Source: a bacterium (GTDB lineage: Bacteria; JAHJDO01). From it: DNA of 64,000 nt. Positions 9,937 to 19,372 of this stretch are shown one piece after another (within the stretch, counting starts at the first letter, position 1; every line of letters starts with the position of its first letter). A program made the position numbers and the translations under genes. Where the stretch lies: positions 1,641-65,640 of the forward strand of contig JBDRTG010000007.1 of assembly GCA_043824255.1 (NCBI GenBank), written 5' to 3'. The notes under the pieces are model-generated. The model made no database searches. It saw only the letters and a list, made by a program, of their open reading frames with translations, and was not told the origin of the DNA.

Positions 9937-10897
9937 GAAGATTATAAACAGGATTACTGGGCAAATAGCCTGCCACAAAAGATTTCTTATTACCACTCAT
10001 GTCTATCCTGACGGAGATGCAATTGGTTCTCAAATAGCTTTGTACCTGCTTTTAAAGAGAATGGGAAAAGACGTTGAGCTAATTAATTCATTTCCCTTGC
10101 CAGCAAGATATAAGTTTCTGCCTAACAGCAGGTTAATTAAGCATAACGTAACTCTGCCGTATAGTGAACTAGCATTCGTATTAGATGTTGGAAGCAAAGG
10201 TAGGCTGGGGAATATGAGAGACCATATAAATAATATAAAAACAGTAATAAATATAGATCATCATCTGGGTAATGATTGTTTTGGCATTATAAACTGGATA
10301 GATTCTCATATGAGTTCAGTTGGTGAACAAATTTTCCATCTTTATAAGTATATGAAATTGGAGATAAGGAAACCTGAGGCGATTTGCTTATATACAGCTA
10401 TTGTGACTGATACCGGGTCCTTTCAGTATTCTAATACCAGTGCTGAGACGCATTTGGTAGTTTCTGAACTTCTGGAAACAGGCATTGATCATACTAAGAT
10501 ATGTAATCAGATATATCAGAACATTCCTGTAAGTAAGCTTAAATTATTGCAGCTTGCGTTGGAGACATTGAGTTTTGACGCTAGAAGAAAGATAGGTTAT
10601 ATGTTTATTACATTTGATATGTATACAAAGGCATGTGCAACAGAAGAGGACAGCGAGGAAATAGTTGAGTATGCGCGTAATGTAGAAGGAGTTGAGGTAG
10701 GTATTCTATTCAAGCAATATTCTCAAGGAAATATAAAGATAAGCTTTCGCTCAAAAGGGAAAGTCAATGTTAATAAAATTGCATCGAAATTCGGAGGAGG
10801 CGGACACCACAATGCATCTGCATGTACGATTAACGGAGAATTGAGCAGTGTATTAAAAAATGTTGTAAGAGCTACAGCTTTGGAATTGAGAGTTTAA
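9914..10897 (+). CDS. nrnA: DHH/DHHA1 phosphoesterase (NrnA-like oligoribonuclease/pAp phosphatase)
   Basis: Motifs HVYPDGDAIGS, INIDHHLGN and GGGGHHNASA (DHHA1). Confidence 0.8.
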   Translation: MKFLSKNEKIINRITGQIACHKRFLITTHVYPDGDAIGSQIALYLLLKRMGKDVELINSFPLPARYKFLPNSRLIKHNVTLPYSELAFVLDVGSKGRLGNMRDHINNIKTVINIDHHLGNDCFGIINWIDSHMSSVGEQIFHLYKYMKLEIRKPEAICLYTAIVTDTGSFQYSNTSAETHLVVSELLETGIDHTKICNQIYQNIPVSKLKLLQLALETLSFDARRKIGYMFITFDMYTKACATEEDSEEIVEYARNVEGVEVGILFKQYSQGNIKISFRSKGKVNVNKIASKFGGGGHHNASACTINGELSSVLKNVVRATALELRV

Positions 10898-10901
10898 TAT
10901 T

Positions 10902-12014
10902 ATGGTCTATGGTTCATGGTCTGGTAGATATTGGAATGATTTTTTTTATAAAAATATAGTGTCTGATAATAAAAGACATAGATTATTAAAACTATTCCTT
11001 CTATTTATTTCATTTTTAGTAATTATCGTTCAAAACATACTGCTTTTTATGTATTCCATGAATCTTCTAAAGAAAAGGAAACTTTCCTCAAAAGTTATAA
11101 GTATTGGAGGCATAACATTGGGTGGGGTTGGTAAAACTCCTGTTGTAGAACTTCTAGTGAATATGCTTATTAAAAAAGGGAAAAAAGTTGCAGTATTGAG
11201 CAGAGGATACAGAAGAGTCGAAGATAGTGATATAAAACTTGTTTCTAATGGCAAAGAGATTTTGTGTAATGTAGAAGAAGCAGGAGATGAGCCATATCTT
11301 TTAGCAAAGAACCTGAAAAGCACAGTTGTTTTTGCTGGTAAGAATAGATATGAAACGGGTAAAATCGCAGAAGAGAAACTTAATATAGATACAGTAGTTT
11401 TAGATGACGGCTTTCAGCATTGGCGATTACATAGAGATATAAATATAGTGGTTATAAATGCTTCCAACCCTTTTGGGAATGGATATATTTTCCCAAGAGG
11501 GAATTTGCGTGAGCCATATAAGTGTTTAAAAAGAGCAGATTACTTTATAATAACAAAGACTGATATGATTAAGGATGCAGGGATAATTGAGAAAAGGCTT
11601 CTTGATATTAACAGTTCAGCGCAGGTTATAACCACTATCCATAAGCCTGTATGTTTAGAGCATGTTGCTGGGGAAGAACATCTGGATATTGAATGTATAA
11701 AAGGGGAAAAGGTAATAGCTCTTTCAAGTCTCGGAGATCCAGCATCTTTTGAGAACATATTAGAACATGTTGGAGCTAAAATAGTAGAACGGCTTAGATA
11801 TCCTGACCATTATTGGTACTCAAAAGAGGATATGTATAATATACAGGCAAGGCAAAAAACGCTCAATGCAAAATTTATCATTACTACGCAAAAAGACGCA
11901 GTAAGGTTGCAAAGGGTAGAGACGTATTATAATACGTCTCTACTGGTTCTCAGAATTGAAGTAGAGATTATTTCAGGAAGCGATAAATTGGAGAAGTTGA
12001 TTAATGCAATATAG
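10902..12014 (+). CDS. lpxK: Tetraacyldisaccharide 4'-kinase
   Basis: N-terminal membrane helix followed by VISIGGITLGGVGKTPVV. Confidence 0.85.
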   Translation: MVYGSWSGRYWNDFFYKNIVSDNKRHRLLKLFLLFISFLVIIVQNILLFMYSMNLLKKRKLSSKVISIGGITLGGVGKTPVVELLVNMLIKKGKKVAVLSRGYRRVEDSDIKLVSNGKEILCNVEEAGDEPYLLAKNLKSTVVFAGKNRYETGKIAEEKLNIDTVVLDDGFQHWRLHRDINIVVINASNPFGNGYIFPRGNLREPYKCLKRADYFIITKTDMIKDAGIIEKRLLDINSSAQVITTIHKPVCLEHVAGEEHLDIECIKGEKVIALSSLGDPASFENILEHVGAKIVERLRYPDHYWYSKEDMYNIQARQKTLNAKFIITTQKDAVRLQRVETYYNTSLLVLRIEVEIISGSDKLEKLINAI

Positions 12015-13128
12015 ACCTAAACTTCTAAGAATAATAACATGGTTGCCAGTCGGCGGAATAGAAAAAAGGCTGGTTAGAGTACTTTCTTTATTAAGGGACA
12101 AATATGATATAACAGTTTGCTGTATTCGGGATAAACAAGGCGCTTATGAGAATGATCTGAGAGATATTGGAATAAGAGTTGTTAAAATACATATGAAGAG
12201 CAGATTAGACCCTGTGGGACTGTACAGGCTGTACAAATTTATGAAGAACGAAAAATTTGATATAGTTCATACTCATATGTATCGGTCAAACACACCTGGC
12301 CGTATTGCTGCAAAATTTGCAGGCATACCTGTGATTATTGCTAATCTTCACAATATAGACACATGGAAAAGGAGAAAACACTTTCTGATTGATAGGATGC
12401 TTTCAAGGTGCACAGACAAAATAATAGCTGTTTCAGATGCTGTAAGAAAATTTAACATTAAAAATTCAGGAATTTATCCAGATAAGTTTGTAACAATATA
12501 TAATGGTATAGATATTGAAGAGTTTAATAAAGATTTTGACTATCAGGCTAAGAGAGAGGAGATTGGCATTAGAGAAGATGAGTTATTGGTTGGGATTTTT
12601 GCACGTCTTTATCCACAAAAAGGGCATAAGTATTTTTTAGAAGCTGCATCTAAGATCAATGGGATTATTGATAATGTAAAATTTATGATTGTTGGAGACG
12701 GGCCGTTAGAATCTGAACTCAAGGAACAGGCAATGCAGCTGGGGATAAGAGGCAAGGTAATCTTTACAGGACTTAGGCATGATATTCCTGAGCTGCTTCA
12801 TATCATAGATGTTTCTGTGCTTTCCTCTTTCATAGAAGGGTTTTCAAATATTATATTAGAATCAATGGCCTCAGGCAAACCTGTTGTAGCAACAGATGTT
12901 GGAGGGAACAGGGAAGCAGTGATTGATGAGGGAACTGGTTTTATTATTCCTCCGGCAAACAGTGATAAACTGACAAATGCTATTATAAAAATTTTAGATA
13001 ATAAGCAATTAAGAATTGATATGGGAAGAAAAGCCAGAGAGCATGTAAGAAAATTTAGCATTCAGAAAATGGCTCATCAAACAGACATGCTTTATAAAAC
13101 CTGTTTGGCAAAAAAGAGAATTATTTAA
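12004..13128 (+). CDS. Glycosyltransferase, GT4 (GT-B fold)
   Basis: GGIEKRLV N-terminus and the C-terminal E-x7-E region SSFIEGFSNIILESMASGKPVVATDVGGNREAV. Confidence 0.8.
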   Translation: MQYRPKLLRIITWLPVGGIEKRLVRVLSLLRDKYDITVCCIRDKQGAYENDLRDIGIRVVKIHMKSRLDPVGLYRLYKFMKNEKFDIVHTHMYRSNTPGRIAAKFAGIPVIIANLHNIDTWKRRKHFLIDRMLSRCTDKIIAVSDAVRKFNIKNSGIYPDKFVTIYNGIDIEEFNKDFDYQAKREEIGIREDELLVGIFARLYPQKGHKYFLEAASKINGIIDNVKFMIVGDGPLESELKEQAMQLGIRGKVIFTGLRHDIPELLHIIDVSVLSSFIEGFSNIILESMASGKPVVATDVGGNREAVIDEGTGFIIPPANSDKLTNAIIKILDNKQLRIDMGRKAREHVRKFSIQKMAHQTDMLYKTCLAKKRII

Positions 13129-13180
13129 AATTGGTATAAGAAACAGGTTGTGAGGCTTTTCAAAGCGTAAGCAAAAGCAC

Positions 13181-13768
13181 CTACACTGGGAAATAGCCTG
13201 TTTTGTTTGAGGATTGCCTTATTGGTGCTTCTAAATCTGTTGTTCGTTCCCAGAATTCTATATCTTTTGCAAGTGACTCAACAGGTTTATTATCACACCA
13301 AATAAATGTTCCATTCGCTCCGAACTCCTCAAGGATTATATGTTCGCTAAGCATTCGCTCGGTGCCAAGTTCTTTTTTATTAACAAAAATACCTGTTGTT
13401 ATAAGAACAATTACTAAAACAAAGATAGCTCCAGCCAACTTTAACTGCAAAGAGACTTCTGTATTAAATGCTGTGTTAGGGATATGACCAGATGCAAATT
13501 TTTCTGGTGATAATTTTCCCTGTTGCACCTTATCCCATTTCTTCATTAAATCTTTTTTGTACTGCTTCCAGAAATCCTCAGGGAGTTTTTTAATCTCTTT
13601 ATTGGAAACTATCCTTATCAGGTTTTGGATATCCTCATATTTTCTTTGGCATTTTGAACAGATTGATAGATGTTTTCTAATTTTATCAGCCTTTTTTTCA
13701 GATAGTTCTTTGTAACAGTATTCCAAAAGATTTTTTCTCATCATCCAGCATCTAAACATATATAACAT
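13181..13768 (-). CDS. Anti-sigma factor (zf-HC2 type), single-pass membrane protein
   Basis: H-x3-C-x2-C motif (KHLSICSKCQRKYEDI), one TM helix (LAGAIFVLVIVLITTGIF), and a position immediately downstream of an ECF sigma gene. Confidence 0.6.
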   Translation of the reverse strand: MLYMFRCWMMRKNLLEYCYKELSEKKADKIRKHLSICSKCQRKYEDIQNLIRIVSNKEIKKLPEDFWKQYKKDLMKKWDKVQQGKLSPEKFASGHIPNTAFNTEVSLQLKLAGAIFVLVIVLITTGIFVNKKELGTERMLSEHIILEEFGANGTFIWCDNKPVESLAKDIEFWERTTDLEAPIRQSSNKTGYFPV

Positions 13769-13778
13769 CTCCTCTTTT

Positions 13779-14357
13779 TCATAAAAACATTCTTAATTCT
13801 TCCTGTAGTTTCCTACAAGCTCTGTGAAGATGGCTTTTTACAGTGCCTTCAGTGCAGCCTAAGGTCCGAGCTATATTTTTTATTAATAAACCATCGAAGT
13901 TTTTTAATATAAAAACAGTTTTTTGTTTCAAAGGCAATTTAGATATTGCATTATTCAGTTTTTCATTTAGTTCTGATTCTGATGCTTTATCTCTGGGGTT
14001 ATTATCCATGCTTTTTGGCATGAAGATAGTTTCAATATTCCTTTCTGGGGCATCTTCATCATCTTTATGCCAGAACATAAATTTAAAACGCGATTTTTGC
14101 CTGTAATGGTCATTACATAGATTTATGACAATTCTGTGAAGCCATGTGTTAAAAGACGATTTTCCCTTGAATGTTTCCAAGGAATGAAATACTCGCAAAA
14201 AAGCTTCCTGAGAGATATCTTTTGCGTCTTCACTGTTCCCAGTAAGGGCGTATGCAATACTATAGGTTTTTTCCATATATTTCTCTATTAGTTGGGCAAA
14301 GGCAGACTCTTTGCCTGCCTTTGCTTCTTTTATTGTTTGGCTATCTTCACAGACCAT
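13779..14357 (-). CDS. ECF-type sigma-70 family sigma factor
   Basis: Region 2 (DAKDISQEAFLRVF...FNTWLHRIVINLCNDHYR) and region 4 HTH (KNIARTLGCTEGTVKSHLHRA). Confidence 0.85.
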   Translation of the reverse strand: MVCEDSQTIKEAKAGKESAFAQLIEKYMEKTYSIAYALTGNSEDAKDISQEAFLRVFHSLETFKGKSSFNTWLHRIVINLCNDHYRQKSRFKFMFWHKDDEDAPERNIETIFMPKSMDNNPRDKASESELNEKLNNAISKLPLKQKTVFILKNFDGLLIKNIARTLGCTEGTVKSHLHRACRKLQEELRMFL

Positions 14358-14368
14358 GTAATCAAAGT

Positions 14369-14896
14369 TTACTTATTCTTAGATTCTTCTTCCAGCTTTT
14401 CAATATTTTTCTCTATATTGTTTTTCATCTGTTTTAATTTGTCTATTTCCTTATTAAAAGCTTCAGGATCTGTATATTTTAATTCTTTTAGTCTTTTCAT
14501 TCTTGCGTCTTGAAATTTCTTCTGAAGCTGTGCGAATTTCTCAGGGTCACGTTCTTTGAGATAAGCAAGTTTCTCTTCAAGCCTTGCTCTCCGTTTTTTC
14601 ATTTGCTGTTGAAATTTTTCGGGGTTTTGTTCCCTTAATCTTCCGAGTTGCTTAATTTCTCTTTCTTCGGTCATGGGAACTCCATGCTTCTCAAAAGTGC
14701 CCCTGTCGTGTCTTTTTGCTTGTGGCATACGGGATTTTCTTTTAGAAAGATGTTTTTTTATTTGATCTGCTCTTACAGCATTGGGTTTTGTGATTTTGGC
14801 AAGTTCCCTATAAATAAAAATACTCTGAAGATTCAGCCCAGCCAGTAAGACAAAACCTATTGTTACTAGAATAATATACTTTTTTGCCATGATCAT
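14369..14896 (-). CDS. Membrane-anchored, highly charged coiled-coil protein with three DPEKF-type repeats
   Basis: An N-terminal TM helix is followed by three units of about 27 aa: NPEKFQQQMKK.., DPEKFAQLQKK.. and DPEAFNKEIDK... It is the first gene of the sigma/anti-sigma operon. Confidence 0.5.
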   Translation of the reverse strand: MIMAKKYIILVTIGFVLLAGLNLQSIFIYRELAKITKPNAVRADQIKKHLSKRKSRMPQAKRHDRGTFEKHGVPMTEEREIKQLGRLREQNPEKFQQQMKKRRARLEEKLAYLKERDPEKFAQLQKKFQDARMKRLKELKYTDPEAFNKEIDKLKQMKNNIEKNIEKLEEESKNK

Positions 14897-15033
14897 TTTC
14901 CTCCTTTTAATAACTGATTCGCATTTTTTTTAATTCTAGAGCTTCTACTTCCTCATCCCTCCTTTCCGCCCTGAGATTTTCTATTTATTATGTTAGACGA
15001 GAAAAAAGAGAAAAAGTTTACATTAGAAATTTT

Positions 15034-15813
15034 TCAGGAAAGAATTTTTCTAATCTTTCTTAAATCTGCCGGAGTATCAATACTTATTGAGTCAAATTCT
15101 GTTTCTGCCATTTTTATTCTATAGCCATGTTCAAGAACCCTGAGCTGTTCGAGTTTCTCAATTTTTTCAAGACAGGTTTGAGGCATTTGAGCATACTTTA
15201 ATAAGAAATGTTTTCTAAAGGCATATATACCTAAATGCTTATAGAATATATCTGTTTTACCAAGAACTAGTTTGTTTTTTAAATTTTTCCATTTATCTCT
15301 TAAGAATGGTATAGGAGAGTGGGAAAAGTATAAGGCAAAATTGTCTTTATCTACAACAACTTTATTTATGCCTGAATCCATCAATTCATTAATGTCAGAT
15401 ATTTTAGTCATTAAACTTGCCATAACGACATGTGAGTCACAGGATATCGTTTTTATAAGCTTTTCAATAGCTTTTGGATTTACTAAAGGTTCGTCTCCTT
15501 GCACATTGATGATAATGTCATCTTCTCTAATATCAGGCATTTTCTTGATTACCCATGCAATTCTGTCAGTGCCGGATTTGCAGCTTTTTGGAGACATCTC
15601 AGCATTAGCTCCGAATTTTTGCGCTGTCTGCAATATGCGTTTATCGTCTGTAGCTATAATTACTTTCCGGACAGAAAGGACATTGCTTACTCTCTCATAA
15701 ACATGCTGTATCATGGGCTTCCCGCAAATATCCTTGAGTACTTTCCCTGGAAGTCTGGTAGAGGCATATCTTGCAGGAATAACAGCAATTATTTTAGGCT
15801 TATGACTCTTCAT
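15034..15813 (-). CDS. kdsB: 3-deoxy-manno-octulosonate cytidylyltransferase (CMP-KDO synthetase)
   Basis: IIAVIPARYASTRLPGKVLKDICGKPMIQHVYERV. I placed the start at the MKSHKPK Met (15813); the 39 codons upstream in the ORF track look non-coding. Confidence 0.9.
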   Translation of the reverse strand: MKSHKPKIIAVIPARYASTRLPGKVLKDICGKPMIQHVYERVSNVLSVRKVIIATDDKRILQTAQKFGANAEMSPKSCKSGTDRIAWVIKKMPDIREDDIIINVQGDEPLVNPKAIEKLIKTISCDSHVVMASLMTKISDINELMDSGINKVVVDKDNFALYFSHSPIPFLRDKWKNLKNKLVLGKTDIFYKHLGIYAFRKHFLLKYAQMPQTCLEKIEKLEQLRVLEHGYRIKMAETEFDSISIDTPADLRKIRKILS

Positions 15814-15975
15814 AGCAATATATGCTATCATTATGCGCTGGTTTTGACAAGGGGGGAATCGTTGATTTTTGAAATGAACAGAAAAATTATTTTTTTCTTG
15901 ACAAGAATCCAAAAACAAGATATAATTCATCTATTCATACTAAATTTTCATCTATGATGAATATATGAAAAAATT

Positions 15976-16728
15976 ATGGCGCATAATGAATTAGTACAAT
16001 CTTTGCTGAGAAGTCTTGATATTTTACAGTTTATAAGCCATTCTGACAACGGGGTAACCATTCAGCAGCTGGCTGATACTCTTGGCCTGAAATCGTCCAC
16101 TGCTTACAATCTTGTCCGTACCCTGACATCCAGACAGTTTCTCAAAAAGACAAAACGCCCTACAAGATATCAGCTTGGGTCTGCTGTGGTGGAACTCTCA
16201 AACACATATTCTCATCATTCGTTATTGAATCGTTCAGCAAAGGTTCTAAAACAGCTTTTTAAACAGTACAGTAGTGCTTGTTTTGTCTTATCAGAAGTTG
16301 TAAGTGGCGAGATAATGCTGAGTCTGCGTATAAGCCCGGAAAGACCAGAAATCATAGAGCAGCCGCGTGCTAAGATCTTTCATGCTTACGGAACTGCCTC
16401 TGCCTTGCTTTTTCAGGCTTTTTGGACAGAGGAAGAAAGAATTGCATATCGTAAACGTCACACGTTTTGGGAATTTGGAGCTCATTTATGGAAAACGCCT
16501 GAGCGTCTTGACGAAGCTCTTAAAGTAATTCGTCAAAAAGGCTACTCTGCTCCATGGTCTTGTTCTGATGGTGTTTATCCTGTAGCAGCACCCATTATCA
16601 GACCAAATAATGAAATTGTAGCTGCACTCGGCGGTAGTATTCCGGATAAAGAACTAAAAGGGGAAAAAAGGCAGAATTTTAAAAGATGTATCGTGCAGGC
16701 AGCAAAAGAATTGTCGAAAAAGTATTAA
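15976..16728 (+). CDS. IclR-family transcriptional regulator
   Basis: N-terminal wHTH (SLDILQFISHSDNGVTIQQLADTLGLKSSTAYNLVRTL) and a C-terminal IclR effector-type domain, 250 aa in total. Confidence 0.8.
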   Translation: MAHNELVQSLLRSLDILQFISHSDNGVTIQQLADTLGLKSSTAYNLVRTLTSRQFLKKTKRPTRYQLGSAVVELSNTYSHHSLLNRSAKVLKQLFKQYSSACFVLSEVVSGEIMLSLRISPERPEIIEQPRAKIFHAYGTASALLFQAFWTEEERIAYRKRHTFWEFGAHLWKTPERLDEALKVIRQKGYSAPWSCSDGVYPVAAPIIRPNNEIVAALGGSIPDKELKGEKRQNFKRCIVQAAKELSKKY

Positions 16729-16869
16729 TATGGCAATTAATACTTATGGAGTAACAGTATAGTTATGAAAAGTAATCAGGAGAATAGATGAGGATAAAAG
16801 TAGCCATTAGGAGGAGAAGCGTCATGAAAGTACTTTTAGATAAAATTAACAGAATACAGGAGGTAAAAA

Positions 16870-17928
16870 ATGCTTAATGCTGAGAAAGTCAAGAAATATG
16901 CTAAAAAATTAGGGGCAGATATAGTAGGGATTGCATCCATGGATAGGTTTAAAGGAGCCCCAAAGCAGATGGATCCGAGATATATCATGCCCGAAGCCAA
17001 ATCACTAATTGCAATGGGATTCCGTGTCATGCGAGGGTCTTTACGTGGTATAGAAGAAGGAACCTTTTTTAGCAATTACTCATCTATGGGTTATGGTGGT
17101 CTTACATATCTGTATATTCCGTATACGGTCATAAATCTATGTAAGATAATAGAGGATGAAGGATATGAATCTATCCCAATTGGGCATCAGAGTGATTGGC
17201 GCGCTATCGACAATGTAGGTAAACTCGTGTCTAATTACAGCAAACCGGTCTCACCTGAAAAGCCTGCACCTGATGTTATGATTCACTTGAGGATAGCTGC
17301 ATTTGTAGCTGGGCTGGGAGAGATAGGCTACGACAAGATGTTTCTTTCTCCTGAATTCGGACCTCGGCAGCGGATTGGTGTTGTTCTTACTGATTTAGAA
17401 TTGGATCCAGATCCATTATATGATGGTCCACCTCTCTGCAACAGATGTATGGCCTGTGTTAAAGAGTGCCCAGGGCAGGCTATCAGTGCAACAGAAACTG
17501 TTAAAGTAGAAATAGCTGGTAGAACTATAGAATGGGGGGAAATAGATTGTGATGCATGCGGCCTTGCTTTTCGTGGTGGAATGAAAACACAAGAGCCATA
17601 TGAAAAAGGAGCATATATGGAAGAACGACGCGATGATATTAAACCAACTTCGATCTCTCCTTTTTATCATAAGCCACCGAATCTCTACAAAACTGGACAG
17701 GCTATTTGTGGTGGCAAAGGCTGTGTGCGGGCATGTATGATAAATCTGGAAAAGAGAGGAGTGCTAAAAAATAAATTTAAGCAGTCTTTTAGGAGAAGAA
17801 AACCTTGGAAGGTCGACTGGTCAGACTATAAGGCAGATTTCTCAAATGATAAGTCTAAAAATAAAGGTTTAACGAAAAAATCACTAGGAACAAGTTTAGG
17901 AACCAGTAGTCCTTTTGAAGCAGATTAA
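16870..17928 (+). CDS. QueG/RdhA-superfamily Fe-S protein (epoxyqueuosine-reductase-like)
   Basis: N-terminus AKKLGADIVGIASMD, then GLGEIGYDKMFLSPEFGPRQRIG, the ferredoxin motif CNRCMACVKECP and a second Cys group. Confidence 0.6.
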   Translation: MLNAEKVKKYAKKLGADIVGIASMDRFKGAPKQMDPRYIMPEAKSLIAMGFRVMRGSLRGIEEGTFFSNYSSMGYGGLTYLYIPYTVINLCKIIEDEGYESIPIGHQSDWRAIDNVGKLVSNYSKPVSPEKPAPDVMIHLRIAAFVAGLGEIGYDKMFLSPEFGPRQRIGVVLTDLELDPDPLYDGPPLCNRCMACVKECPGQAISATETVKVEIAGRTIEWGEIDCDACGLAFRGGMKTQEPYEKGAYMEERRDDIKPTSISPFYHKPPNLYKTGQAICGGKGCVRACMINLEKRGVLKNKFKQSFRRRKPWKVDWSDYKADFSNDKSKNKGLTKKSLGTSLGTSSPFEAD

Positions 17929-17952
17929 AGACAAAAAGATGGAGTTAATGGT

Positions 17953-18984
17953 TTGTCTATGAAATACGCAATAGGATATCAGTTGCCTGAAGAGGAAGAG
18001 GAACCTATCGTCGATGTCGTGTGCGATTTTCATGAACATATTGAAGAAGTCTACTTTCCTTGGCTTGATATACCCACCTGCCGAGCGTCTCTGACTAGTT
18101 GCCGGGGATATGTGAATTGGGAGGGGCAGGAAAGACTGGAACATGATCTTAAGAAATTCAGACAGTTAGGAATAAAACTGGATATCTTGTTCAATGCCAA
18201 TTGTTATGGTAAATATTCTGTCTCTCAGTACTTAGCCAATCTTGTCTGTTCCATCTTGGAACATCTAGGTGAGACTGTTGGCGGAGTGGATATTGTTACA
18301 ACTACTTCTCCGGCCATCGCGCATGTAATCAAACAGAACTTTAAAAATATTGAGGTTAGGGCATCGGTCAATATGCGGATAGGTACAGTAAAGGGTATGG
18401 AGTATATTTCTCATCTTTTCGACTCATTTTACCTGCAGCGAGAATTTAATCGTGATTTTGAAAGAATTAAAGAACTAAAAGAATGGACAGACCATAATGG
18501 TAAGAAACTGCTTATGCTTGCAAATAGTGGTTGCTTGAATTTTTGTTCAGGGCAGGTATTTCATGATAATCTCGTAGCCCACGAAACTGAAATAGATGAA
18601 ACGATTAACATTCCAGAATGGACTCTCCATGTATGCTGGAATTATTTTAAAAACAGAGGAAATTGGCTGGCGATACTCCAGGGTTCATGGGTCAGACCTG
18701 AAGACATTCATTATTATGAACCATATTTCCCCATTATTAAATTGGCTACTAGAATGCATAGCCATCCACGAATGGTAGTCCAATCCTATATTGAGCGTAA
18801 ATTCTATGGCAACTTACTTGATTTACTTGAGCCTGGATTTGCTTCTGCTTTTGTACCTTATATATTAGATAACGTAAAATTTCCAGAAAGCTGGTTTACT
18901 AAGACATCTAATTGCAAAAAGGACTGCCATAAATGTGAATATTGCAATTATGTTTTTGAGCAGGTACTTACAAAAATGGAATGA
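17953..18984 (+). CDS. Hypothetical protein, possibly peptidase-U32-like TIM-barrel/Fe-S protein
   Basis: KLLMLANSGCLNFCSGQVFH and the Cys-rich C-terminus CKKDCHKCEYC. The resemblance to the U32 family (UbiU/V, RlhA, TrhP) is by eye only. Confidence 0.4.
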   Translation: MSMKYAIGYQLPEEEEEPIVDVVCDFHEHIEEVYFPWLDIPTCRASLTSCRGYVNWEGQERLEHDLKKFRQLGIKLDILFNANCYGKYSVSQYLANLVCSILEHLGETVGGVDIVTTTSPAIAHVIKQNFKNIEVRASVNMRIGTVKGMEYISHLFDSFYLQREFNRDFERIKELKEWTDHNGKKLLMLANSGCLNFCSGQVFHDNLVAHETEIDETINIPEWTLHVCWNYFKNRGNWLAILQGSWVRPEDIHYYEPYFPIIKLATRMHSHPRMVVQSYIERKFYGNLLDLLEPGFASAFVPYILDNVKFPESWFTKTSNCKKDCHKCEYCNYVFEQVLTKME

Positions 18985-19058
18985 GTTTAGTAGGATTAGA
19001 TATTGGTACTACTGGTTGCGGCTTTGTATGGACATTGGAAGGGATAAAAAAATTATGA
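18981..19058 (+). pseudogene. Remnant of an ASKHA/FGGY-type sugar-kinase N-terminus
   Basis: The 25-codon ORF MSLVGLDIGTTGCGFVWTLEGIKKL-stop overlaps the preceding stop (ATGA). It contains the phosphate-1 motif GLDIGTTG and then terminates. Confidence 0.35.
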
Positions 19059-19180
19059 CAGGTTTGGATGATAGTGGAAAGCGTGATTATAATTCGAGAT
19101 TATAGGCATAAGGTCTTGTAAGAGGAATAGTAGTATGCTATATTCTGTGAACAAGTTTTTAAATATCGGAGAATTTTAAG

Positions 19181-19372
19181 ATGTCGAGAAAATGTGAAGT
19201 TTGTGAAAAAGGGCCAATGACCGGTAATAACGTCAGTCATGCAAATAATAGAACAAAGCGGAGATGGCTTCCTAATCTGCAGTCTGTAAAGGTTATGATC
19301 AAAGGCCAACCTAAACGAATAAAGGTTTGCACGCAGTGTATTCGTTCCGGGAAGGTAGAAAGAGTCGCTTAG
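19181..19372 (+). CDS. rpmB: 50S ribosomal protein L28
   Basis: [34 protein letters not shown]. Confidence 0.95.
   Translation: MSRKCEVCEKGPMTGNNVSHANNRTKRRWLPNLQSVKVMIKGQPKRIKVCTQCIRSGKVERVA

Noticed and set aside
13129-13205. A possible bidirectional terminator between the convergent GT4 and anti-sigma genes (AACAGG ... CCTGTT).
   Set aside because: The arms are only 6 nt long and about 45 nt apart. One arm lies inside the anti-sigma coding sequence. The evidence is not convincing.
15814-15930. N-terminal extensions given by the ORF track for kdsB. The same applies to rnfB at 28612-28713, rnfD at 31305-31400, pdxA at 22948-22965 and rho at 3148-3165.
   Set aside because: The extensions have no family counterpart, overlap the upstream gene or the RNA candidate, and contain odd residue composition. 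Internal Met codons give the family-typical N-termini and classic ATGA or TAATG junctions.
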